The notes under the pieces are model-generated. The model was given only the letters and a program-made list of their open reading frames with translations. It had not been told where the DNA came from and did no database searches. Both the position numbers and the translations under genes were made by a program. Shown here piece after piece: positions 43,193 to 52,030 of a stretch of 64,000 nucleotides of DNA. This DNA comes from Sedimentisphaerales bacterium (GTDB taxonomy: Bacteria > Planctomycetota > Phycisphaerae > Sedimentisphaerales > SM23-30), in NCBI GenBank assembly GCA_963663965.2, contig CAXXFK010000038.1, positions 32,001 to 96,000 on the forward strand. The letters run 5' to 3'. The stretch's first letter is position 1. Each line of letters starts with the position of its first letter.

Positions 43193-43295
43193 GGTATTTC
43201 TTAAATCAAAAAAAGCCAATAAATAACTGTAATAACAGTTAATTTATCGGCCTGGAGCAGCAGCGGATTAATGGAAAAAAGGAAAATATGTGATC

Positions 43296-46200
43296 TTATT
43301 TATCGGACTGGTTTATGACTCCAGCCATATTGCGAATCAACATCCACAGGCGTCCTAAAGCCCCGTTTTGCTGAGGGGATCCGGTGATTGGAGTTTCCGG
43401 TTCGTGGGTTGTTTCGGCATGGATTGGGGAATCGAACTCATCAGCCGAACCGTTATCGGTCGTGATCTGGTCGGTGATCCCAGATGGCAGTTCGGTGAAC
43501 AGGTCGTCAAACATCTTGTCGCTGACAAATTCAAGCGGAACATCCAGGGCTTCGGCTATCAGCGCATCAGTGGACCACTCAATTTCATTACTGTCAAAAC
43601 CATTTTGCCCCGAATGTTCGTCATGATCGTTATTAAAACGCCTGGTATTCTGGATCGATTCCTGCGTAATCATTTCGGAAGAATGTTCGTAAGGATGGTT
43701 CTGATAAATGATCGATTCGTTATCGACCGGATTCATGATTTTCAGAACCTGTTGATCGGTATCCTGTTTGGGCCCGGCATCCGCCACCTTAGAAATCTGC
43801 TGGTCCGCGGGAGTATTATCGGAAGAGATATTGGAGTCGGAGGGATTCTGATCATCCGAATTGGTTCGAATGACTTTGTGATGATCCGCTTCAACCTGGA
43901 TGGATATGCTGTCAGAGACCACGGTCGAACCGTCGGACACCCGAAGCTCGAGAGTCACTTCCGCATCGGAATGGATATTGGATGGGATAATTACCGGATC
44001 GGGCGAATCTGGATTAAGAATTTTCACCGCAGGGCCCGAGGTTTGCACCCAGGTGTAGGTCAGGTTATCCCCATCGATATCATCCGCCTGGCCATTAAGA
44101 GTGATTGGCTGTTTTTCACGGGCAACAGTATCGTCTCCGGCGCTGACGACAGGAGCATCATTGACAGCATTTACCTGAAGCGTAACCGTCGCAGTATGGA
44201 AGCCACCCTGGCCGTCTGATACCTGATAGGTAAAACTGTCCTGACCGTTGTAGTTTGGTGAGGGAGAATAAGAGAAAGTGCCATCCTGGTTATATATTAC
44301 CGATCCATGTTCAGGTTGGGTAAAATCAGCAATTGACAACAAGTCGCCATCGATATCCGTATCGTTATCCAGAACCCGGGAGGTCGTGATCGTCTGGTCC
44401 TCATTGGTTTCGAAATGATCATTCGTTGTCTGAGGGGTATCGTTCACACCCTGGGTATTTAACTCGACAGTCGCAGTACTTTTCGCGCCATCGCCATCCA
44501 TCACGGTATAGGTAAAATTGTCCTGACCATGGAAATTGGCGTTGGGAGTATAGGTGAAGGTGCCATCCTGATTATAAACAACATGGCCATGCGCAGGCTG
44601 ACTGTAATCACCTACGTTTAAAGTATCGCCATCCGCATCGGTATCATTTACCAGTACATTGGCCGTTCGAATCGGTTGATCTTCCAGTCCGCCATATTGT
44701 TCACCAAAAGCTTGGGGGGCATCGTTTACAGCGTTTACTTTGACGTTCACAGTTACGGTATCGGTCCCCCCGTTGCCATCGGAGACGGTATAGGTAAAAC
44801 TGTCGTGTCCGTTGAAATTGGCGTTGGGCGTATAGGTGAAGGCGCCATCGCCATTATGAACAACCGAACCGTTGGCCGCCTGACTGTAATCGGTGATCGT
44901 CAGAGAATCGCCATCCGCGTCGATATCGTTGGCGAGGACATTACCCGTCGTGAAGGGTGTGTCTTCCGAGGTGGCGAAGGAATCACCGGCCGCCTGGGGC
45001 GCGTCGTTAGCGGCGCCGACGTTCACGTTCACAGTTACGGTATCGGTCCCCCCGTTGCCATCGGAGACGGTATAGGTAAAACTGTCGTGTCCGTTGAAAT
45101 TAGCGTTGGGCGTATAGGTGAAGGCGCCATCGCCATTATGAACAACCGAGCCGTTGGCCGCCTGACTGTAATCGGTGATCGTCAGAGAATCGCCATCCGC
45201 GTCGATATCGTTGGCGAGGACATTACCCGTCGTGAAGGGTGTGTCTTCCGAGGTGGCGAAGGAATCACCGGCCGCCTGGGGCGCGTCGTTAGCGGCGCCG
45301 ACGTTCACGTTCACAGTTACGGTATCGGTCCCCCCGTTGCCATCGGAGACGGTATAAGTAAAACTGTCGTGTCCACTGAAATTGGCGCTTGGGGTATAAG
45401 TGAAGGTGCCATTGCCGTTATTCGCGACCGAGCCATGAGCGCCTTGACTGAAATCACTGATCGTTAAGATGTCGCCATCGATATCGGTATCATTGGCCAG
45501 GACATTCCCTGTTGTCACGGGTGTATCTTCAGCAGTAGCGATCTGTTCGCCGATACCCATTGGACTGTCATTAGTGCTTTGCACGGTTATTTCAATAGTA
45601 GCCGAACTTATGCCTCCATTACCATCTGAAACTTCATAAGTAAAACTATCCGGACCGTGATAATGTTGATCGGGGACATAAGTGAAGGTCCCATCGTTGT
45701 TGTGAGTTATCGAGCCATGTTGGGGTTGAGTAAAATCAGTGATGGTCAGAGTGTCACCATCGCTGTCAATGTCGTTATTCAGAACATTTCCGGTATTGAG
45801 TGTGCTGTCTTCATTAACCTGATAAGTATCAATATTCGCGACGGGTGCGTTGTTTACTGGAGCCGGAGCCACATCGATTACAATTTCATTAATGTCATTC
45901 GTGAGGTTTTCGACGCTATTAAGTGTATCGGATCCCAGATTGCCATCGTCGCTATCCGTATCAGCGATCGTTCCAAAACCATCGTTCATTTGAATGTTAT
46001 AACCATTCATCGTCCCTGCCAGAACGGCGTAATCATTCCCATCGCCACCATAAAGCTGGTCGTTGCCTGAATCAGCGATAAATATATCGTCGCCGCCCAT
46101 GCCGTAGAGTTTGTCATTGCCGGAGCCGCCGATGATGACATCGTTGCCGCCGGTGCCGTAGATGGTATCATGGCCGCTGCCGCCATCAATGGCGGCGACG

Positions 46201-48563
46201 CCTGAGAAGGTGGCATTGGAGAAGTCGAGGGTATTGTTGGCCCAGTTGCCTTTGAGGGTGATATCATTGCCGGAGAACTGCTCGACTGTGGCATCGTCCG
46301 TATGGGTGGTCATGATGACTTCGGTGCCGGTCCCGACGACGGTATCATAACCATCGCCGCCATAAAAAGTGTCTTCGCCATCCCCATTGTTATAGATGAA
46401 GGTGTCGTCGCCGCCCATGCCGTAGAGTTTGTCATTGCCGGAGCCGCCGATGATGACATCGTTGCCGCCGGTGCCGTAGATGGTATCATGGCCGCTGCCG
46501 CCATCAATGGCGGCGACGCCTGAGAAGGTGGCATTGGAGAAGTCGAGGGTATTGTTGGCCCAGTTGCCTTTGAGGGTGATATCATTGCCGGAGAACTGCT
46601 CGACTGTAGCATCGCCGGTGTGGGTGGTCATGATGACTTCGGTGCCGGTCCCGACGACGGTATCATAACCATCGCCGCCATAAAAAGTGTCTTCGCCATC
46701 CCCATTGTTATAGATGAAGGTGTCATCGCCGCCCATGCCGTAGAGTTTGTCATTGCCGGAGCCGCCGATGATGACATCGTTGCCGCCGGTGCCGTAGATG
46801 GTATCATGGCCGCTGCCGCCATCAATGGCGGCGACGCCTGAGAAGGTGGCATTGGAGAAGTCGAGGGTATTGTTGGCCCAGTTGCCTTTGAGGGTGATAT
46901 TGTCGCCGGAGAACTGCTCGACCGTGGCATCGTCCGTATGGGTGGTCATGATGACTTCGGTGCCGGTCCCGACGACGGTATCATAACCATCGCCGCCATA
47001 AAAAGTGTCTTCGCCATCCCCATTGTTATAGATGAAGGTGTCGTCGCCGCCCATGCCGTAGAGTTTGTCATTGCCGGAGCCGCCGATGATGACATCGTTG
47101 CCGCCGGTGCCGTAGATGGTATCATGGCCGCTGCCGCCATCAATGGCGGCGACGCCTGAGAAGGTGGCATTGGAGAAGTCGAGGGTATTGTTGGCCCAGT
47201 TGCCTTTGAGGGTGATATTGTCGCCGGAGAACTGCTCGACCGTGGCATCGTCCGTATGGGTGGTCATGATGACTTCGGTGCCGGTCCCGACGACGGTATC
47301 ATAACCATCGCCGCCATAAAAAGTGTCTTCGCCATCCCCATTGTTATAGATGAAGGTGTCGTCGCCGCCCATGCCGTAGAGTTTGTCATTGCCGGAGCCG
47401 CCGATGATGACATCGTTGCCGCCGGTGCCGTAGATGGTATCATGGCCGCTGCCGCCATCAATGGCGGCGACGCCTGAGAAGGTGGCATTGGAGAAGTCGA
47501 GGGTATTGTTGGCCCAGTTGCCTTTGAGGGTGATATCATTGCCGGAGAACTGCTCGACTGTAGCATCGTCCGTATGGGTGGTCATGATGACTTCGGTGCC
47601 GGTCCCGACGACGGTATCATAACCATCGCCGCCATAAAAAGTGTCTTCGCCATCCCCATTGTTATAGATGAAGGTGTCGTCGCCGCCCATGCCGTAGAGT
47701 TTGTCATTGCCGGAGCCGCCGATGATGACATCGTTGCCGCCGGTGCCGTAGATGGTATCATGGCCGCTGCCGCCATCAATGGCGGCGACGCCTGAGAAGG
47801 TGGCATTAGAGAAGTCGAGGGTGTTATTGGCCCAGTTGCCCTTGAGGGTGATATTGTCGCCGGAGAATTGTTCCACTGTGGCATCATCCGTATGGGTGGT
47901 CATGATGACTTCGGTGCCGGTCCCGACGACGGTATCATAACCATCGCCGCCATAAAAAGTGTCTTCGCCATCCCCATTGTTATAGATGAAGGTGTCGTCA
48001 CCACTACCCCCGTATAACTTGTCATTTCCGGTTCCGCCATAAATTAAATCATTTCCATCACCCCCATCGATGGTATCGTGACCGCTGCCACCGATAATTA
48101 CATCATCGCCGCCACCGCCACTTAAATTATTATTAGCCCAGGTTCCGATGATGATATCATTACTATCTGAACCATTTTCATTTGAGAGTATGGTCCATGA
48201 CCCGTCCGAAAAATTGATGGTATTGGCGTCATTATTAATAACCAGCGATTGATCATCGAATGAAAGAGTCAGATGGCCCTGTTGATCGACCGAATAATCG
48301 AAAATGTCATGATTGCCTTCAATCGTATATGAATTGGTAGCTTGATCGAAGACCGCATGGTCCAGATCACCAAATACATCCGGTTGGTTAACCCCCATGT
48401 CTTCCAGTATATCGGCATCCAAAACCGGTAAGTCCGGCTGGGCATCCGGGGCGCCATCATCAACATCCACCCAGGTGGCTGAAAGCATGATTCTGGGTTC
48501 AAGCGCTGTGACCTGGATATTATTCAGTTTATCAGAATTCTTCTTTTTCATGACAGTTTTCAT
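43296..48563 (-). CDS. 1755-aa LEPRxLL-leader adhesin: RTX Ca-binding repeats + tandem cadherin-like/Big_9 domains + PKD-like domain
   Basis: ALEPRIMLSA at aa 20-29; many GGxGxDxxxG repeats; about 6 NDAP...ED...NVLANDxDxDGD...GxFTYTP...DSFTY domains; SAGDD...LTYTWVQTSGP. Confidence 0.92.
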   Translation of the reverse strand: MKTVMKKKNSDKLNNIQVTALEPRIMLSATWVDVDDGAPDAQPDLPVLDADILEDMGVNQPDVFGDLDHAVFDQATNSYTIEGNHDIFDYSVDQQGHLTLSFDDQSLVINNDANTINFSDGSWTILSNENGSDSNDIIIGTWANNNLSGGGGDDVIIGGSGHDTIDGGDGNDLIYGGTGNDKLYGGSGDDTFIYNNGDGEDTFYGGDGYDTVVGTGTEVIMTTHTDDATVEQFSGDNITLKGNWANNTLDFSNATFSGVAAIDGGSGHDTIYGTGGNDVIIGGSGNDKLYGMGGDDTFIYNNGDGEDTFYGGDGYDTVVGTGTEVIMTTHTDDATVEQFSGNDITLKGNWANNTLDFSNATFSGVAAIDGGSGHDTIYGTGGNDVIIGGSGNDKLYGMGGDDTFIYNNGDGEDTFYGGDGYDTVVGTGTEVIMTTHTDDATVEQFSGDNITLKGNWANNTLDFSNATFSGVAAIDGGSGHDTIYGTGGNDVIIGGSGNDKLYGMGGDDTFIYNNGDGEDTFYGGDGYDTVVGTGTEVIMTTHTDDATVEQFSGDNITLKGNWANNTLDFSNATFSGVAAIDGGSGHDTIYGTGGNDVIIGGSGNDKLYGMGGDDTFIYNNGDGEDTFYGGDGYDTVVGTGTEVIMTTHTGDATVEQFSGNDITLKGNWANNTLDFSNATFSGVAAIDGGSGHDTIYGTGGNDVIIGGSGNDKLYGMGGDDTFIYNNGDGEDTFYGGDGYDTVVGTGTEVIMTTHTDDATVEQFSGNDITLKGNWANNTLDFSNATFSGVAAIDGGSGHDTIYGTGGNDVIIGGSGNDKLYGMGGDDIFIADSGNDQLYGGDGNDYAVLAGTMNGYNIQMNDGFGTIADTDSDDGNLGSDTLNSVENLTNDINEIVIDVAPAPVNNAPVANIDTYQVNEDSTLNTGNVLNNDIDSDGDTLTITDFTQPQHGSITHNNDGTFTYVPDQHYHGPDSFTYEVSDGNGGISSATIEITVQSTNDSPMGIGEQIATAEDTPVTTGNVLANDTDIDGDILTISDFSQGAHGSVANNGNGTFTYTPSANFSGHDSFTYTVSDGNGGTDTVTVNVNVGAANDAPQAAGDSFATSEDTPFTTGNVLANDIDADGDSLTITDYSQAANGSVVHNGDGAFTYTPNANFNGHDSFTYTVSDGNGGTDTVTVNVNVGAANDAPQAAGDSFATSEDTPFTTGNVLANDIDADGDSLTITDYSQAANGSVVHNGDGAFTYTPNANFNGHDSFTYTVSDGNGGTDTVTVNVKVNAVNDAPQAFGEQYGGLEDQPIRTANVLVNDTDADGDTLNVGDYSQPAHGHVVYNQDGTFTYTPNANFHGQDNFTYTVMDGDGAKSTATVELNTQGVNDTPQTTNDHFETNEDQTITTSRVLDNDTDIDGDLLSIADFTQPEHGSVIYNQDGTFSYSPSPNYNGQDSFTYQVSDGQGGFHTATVTLQVNAVNDAPVVSAGDDTVAREKQPITLNGQADDIDGDNLTYTWVQTSGPAVKILNPDSPDPVIIPSNIHSDAEVTLELRVSDGSTVVSDSISIQVEADHHKVIRTNSDDQNPSDSNISSDNTPADQQISKVADAGPKQDTDQQVLKIMNPVDNESIIYQNHPYEHSSEMITQESIQNTRRFNNDHDEHSGQNGFDSNEIEWSTDALIAEALDVPLEFVSDKMFDDLFTELPSGITDQITTDNGSADEFDSPIHAETTHEPETPITGSPQQNGALGRLWMLIRNMAGVINQSDK
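44743..45375. repeat. 282-bp intragenic tandem repeat (about 2.3 copies, 94-aa Ig-like domain)
   Basis: ACGTTCACAGTTACGGTATCGGTCCCCCCG at 44743, 45025 and 45307; identical shadow ORFs at 44893 and 45175. Confidence 0.9.
46087..47999. repeat. 318-bp intragenic tandem repeat, six near-identical copies (106-aa RTX unit)
   Basis: Shadow ORFs recur at 46162, 46480, 46798, 47116, 47434 and 47752 (period 318). Confidence 0.95.
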
Positions 48564-49592
48564 TCCTATGCTTACAAAATTGATATAAACCTTTAGTAAC
48601 TAAACAGACGCAAAAAATATAAAATACAGATAACAGAAATGCCAATTCAGGAGGGAAAAAAAACGGGTTTTTTATAAAAAAGAAGGGGATGTGGTGTTAA
48701 AGTGAACTTAATTAGACAATTGCAATCGTGATAACACTATCATTTTTCTCCGAACCGCGATCGGGAAAATAAGTAAACTTCAAATTTAACCCGGGAATTA
48801 TAGTCCTATAAGTGTGTCAGGAAGAATTTGATACGGTATTTTGATTTTTCCAATTCCATTCGCATCATTTCATTCGGGCCTTATACAAAAAAAAGCCCTT
48901 TTGCTTTAGGCATCAGGGCGATCATAAGAAAATAAAATCGAAATAAGAGATGGGATGCGCCGTCAGGCTATTTACCAGCCTTGGCTTCTCAGTCAAGCCC
49001 GGCCAGTCTTGGACCTGAGTTTTTCAGTGAACTCCGGTTGGTCCATTGTCAATCAGAACATACAGCTTTCGGTCAACTCTGTGTGTGTTCATAAATTCAA
49101 CTCATCGAATCCCATTCTATCTATTTCGGTTAACCAGACTTTCATTATATCTTAACCGATCATGCCAGCAATGATATTTTAAAACCTTTTACCATTATTG
49201 CTGTAACTTCATATCCCAGGCATGGATACAATACGACATATAATAAGACAATTTACGGGTCCGATATCTGCCAGTTCATCATTGGCCGATCAGGAGGATT
49301 GGATGGCAGTAACTCACGATCAGGAGGCAACAGCATCGAGCGAGGCGGCATGGCGAAACCTGAGGGGATGATTAGGGAGGGCCTAGAAGAGGGGCGACTT
49401 TAATAAAAAAAACTACATAACATGTTGTGAATAAAGGCAATATGGCTATCATGGTTGATATGACAGTTTACGGATGATTTCGGTGAGTTTTCTGTTGTAA
49501 TTGCACGTAAGTTGGACTATCATAATGGTTTCTATTGTTTTTGAGCTGATGAGCTGACCCGATAGATTTTGAGACTGAATTGAAAGGCACAT

Positions 49593-50456
49593 ATGGATAC
49601 TGATAAGAAACATCCCGAGGAAGTGGGCGATTTTGAAGATCTGCATCATGAGGGCGAGATACCGGAATTTGTGAAGAAATACGGCGGCCGGATACTGGTC
49701 TTTGTGGCGGTGTTTCTAGTGGCGGTATCGGCGCTGCAGTTGATTAAATATAATATAGGCGAGTCGCAGCGGGAGAAGAAAGAGCGGCTGGCAAGTCTGG
49801 TCGTGGAGCAGAATAAGATGGCGGTGGAAGCAGTAAATCCGGATCCGGAAGCCAAGGATTCGGCGCCAAAGAAGGCCTATAAATCGGCAGAACTGGTGGC
49901 GAATCTGGAGAAGTTGAGCAAGCAGGCCGCAGATTCGAATGTGGGCAAGATGGCGACGCTGCAAGCGGCGGAAGCGATTCGGTCTGACATTATCTTTGCC
50001 GATCAGTTCTTCAGCCAGGAAGAGAAACAGGCGATCAGCCAGCAAGCCAACGCAATTTATGAAACGCTGTTAAAGAAGTATCCGAACGATCCGGCGATTG
50101 TTGGTCCGGCGCTGATCGCTCAGGGACTGCTGGCTGAAGAGCTGAAGGAATGGGACAAGGCAGGGCAGTTCTACAATCAGGCGATCGAAAAGGCGAGTGG
50201 TGTACTGGCCGGTACGGTATTTGTGCAGCAGGCGCGCGACCGGTTGATGGGAATGGATAAGCGGAAAGAGACGATCGAGTTTGTGGACGCTCCGGAACCA
50301 GAGCCGGTAGTTGAACCGGAAGCCGGGGCGGTTACGGTACCGACGGTGGAAAATATGATGGGGGCGGCAACCAAACCTGAGGGCGCTGAGTCTGAAGCCG
50401 CCGGGCCGGAGATTGAGATAGTACCGAATTCGGAAAATCCCGGCGAAACGAAATAA
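49593..50456 (+). CDS. Membrane-anchored TPR-like (YfgM-like) protein
   Basis: Single N-terminal TM segment; helical repeats YETLLKKYPND and WDKAGQFYNQAI; acidic Pro-rich tail. Confidence 0.75.
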   Translation: MDTDKKHPEEVGDFEDLHHEGEIPEFVKKYGGRILVFVAVFLVAVSALQLIKYNIGESQREKKERLASLVVEQNKMAVEAVNPDPEAKDSAPKKAYKSAELVANLEKLSKQAADSNVGKMATLQAAEAIRSDIIFADQFFSQEEKQAISQQANAIYETLLKKYPNDPAIVGPALIAQGLLAEELKEWDKAGQFYNQAIEKASGVLAGTVFVQQARDRLMGMDKRKETIEFVDAPEPEPVVEPEAGAVTVPTVENMMGAATKPEGAESEAAGPEIEIVPNSENPGETK

Positions 50457-50481
50457 GCCGTCTTTTTAGTAAGAAATGAAC

Positions 50482-50520
50482 AGGGCAAGCCTCCTATCCG
50501 CTTGCCCTTTTGTTATTTTT
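50482..50520 (+). terminator. Rho-independent terminator
   Basis: Perfect 9-bp stem AGGGCAAGC/GCTTGCCCT followed by a T-rich tract. Confidence 0.75.
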
Positions 50521-50581
50521 GGCAGGAGCAATGCATCCTTAAAACCGCGATTTCTCCTGTGAAAATTGATAGAATACCATG

Positions 50582-50686
50582 TATACCCATCGGGAATGGA
50601 AATGTCCGATCACTCGCAAACTAACTATTTTCTTTTTAAAGACTTATTAAACGGTCAAGTGGGTATTTTTGATCGAAAAAGAAGTA
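50582..50686. repeat. 105-bp palindromic dispersed element, copy 3 (more diverged)
   Basis: TATACCCA...CCGATCACTCGCAA...AAAGACTTA...ACGG...ATTTTTGATCG, colinear with 100-204. Confidence 0.75.
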
Positions 50687-50809
50687 TCTCAGTATTCTAG
50701 TTCCAGATTTCACTAAGATTATTAAGAGTAAAGAGAAAAGCGTGAAATGCAATAGCAGTTTTTGACCTGCCGAAAAACAGGGCTTTAAAGGTAATTTACA
50801 AAAAGAACG

Positions 50810-51881
50810 ATGGTAGAATTTGATGACAATGCGACAGAGGCTGATGAACTGGCTGAGTCGGAGATTGAGGATGATGGCGGACGGCATGAATGTTTGACGA
50901 TCCGTCGCATGCTGCCTAACCGTCGAATAGATAAGTATCTGAATCATCGTTTCCCCGATTTTTCGCGTACGGCGATCCAGCGGCTGATCAAAGAAGAAGC
51001 CGTGACAGTGAATGGACGTACGACCAAAGCGAGTTATAACCTGAATCCCGGTGATAAAGTGGATATTCTGTTACCGCCGCCCCCCACGACGGAGATACCG
51101 GGGGAAGATATTCCATTGAATATAATCTATGAAGATGACCATATGATTGTTCTGAATAAACAGGCGGGTCTGATTGTACATCCGGCGCGGGGGAACCGAT
51201 CCGGGACATTGGTGAATGGGTTAGTGTATTACAGTGATTCACTATCAAGCGGGAGTGGTGAGTTTCGGCCGGGGATTGTGCACCGACTGGACCGGAATAC
51301 CACGGGAGTCATTGTGGTGGCGAAGAACGATCTGGCGCACTGGCGGATCGCACACCAGTTTGAACACCGGCTGACACAGAAGACCTATGTGGCGATTGTG
51401 CAGGGGCAGATGGAACTGGATGGGGATACCATCGATATGCCGTTGGGACGACATCCAAAGGTGAGAGAGAAATATTCGGTGCAGATTGAAACGGGCAAAC
51501 CGGCGGTGACCGGCTATGAGGTGCTTGAGCAGTTTAATGGGTACGCGTTTGTGCGTTTGATGCCAAAGACCGGCCGGACACACCAGTTGCGGGTGCATAT
51601 GAGCGCGATCCGGCATCCGATTGTGGCGGATGATATGTATGGAGGGAAGGCGCGTAACGGTTGAGCAACTGGCGAATGGGCAGGCGTTGCCGGGACCGGA
51701 TGAACCGGGCGATGGGCTGGCGCCGGATAGGTCGATTATCAGCCGGCAGGCACTGCACGCATTTGAATTACGATTCCGGCATCCACAAACTGGGAAGCCC
51801 ATGGTGTTTGAGGCACCGTTGCCGGAGGACATGGCCTTAATGTTAACGTTATTGAGGCGATATCGAGTCGGGGGGAAGTAA
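50810..51881 (+). CDS. rluD: RluA-family 23S rRNA pseudouridine synthase with S4 domain (frameshift at about 51650)
   Basis: RIDKYL S4 domain, NKQAGLIVHP, RPGIVHRLDRNTTG, TGRTHQLRVH; RQALHA...HP...FEAPLPEDM in the next frame. Confidence 0.9.
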
Positions 51882-52030
51882 TAGGTAATACGAAAAATTA
51901 CAGAATAGTCTTATTCCATGCGATATTTGACGATAAAATAGTATAGGAATGAAGAGAGGGCGACGCTATGGACGCCATAAAGACATTCATGACAAGCAGT
52001 TAGAGGCCACGCGCTGGCCGGGAGTCTGAA

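Noticed and set aside
46087..47999. Long regular repeats as a CRISPR array or non-coding satellite
   Set aside because: The period of 318 bp is a multiple of 3, there are no unique spacers, it is fully in frame within the adhesin, and there are no cas genes.
48628..48646. Sigma54 promoter upstream of the adhesin (TTGGCAT on the minus strand)
   Set aside because: The -12 position reads TTAT rather than TTGC.
48890..49450. Small gene or riboswitch between the adhesin and the TPR gene
   Set aside because: Only short ORFs, a weak GCCCT/AGGGC hairpin and a 10-nt direct repeat (GATCAGGAGG) are present; there is no recognisable RNA family or protein motif.
51968..52030. In-frame upstream ATG with TAG read-through into the GAF-MFP gene
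   Set aside because: The TTG at 52031 has its own GGAG RBS, and other genes in the window end normally at TAG, so there is no evidence of recoding.
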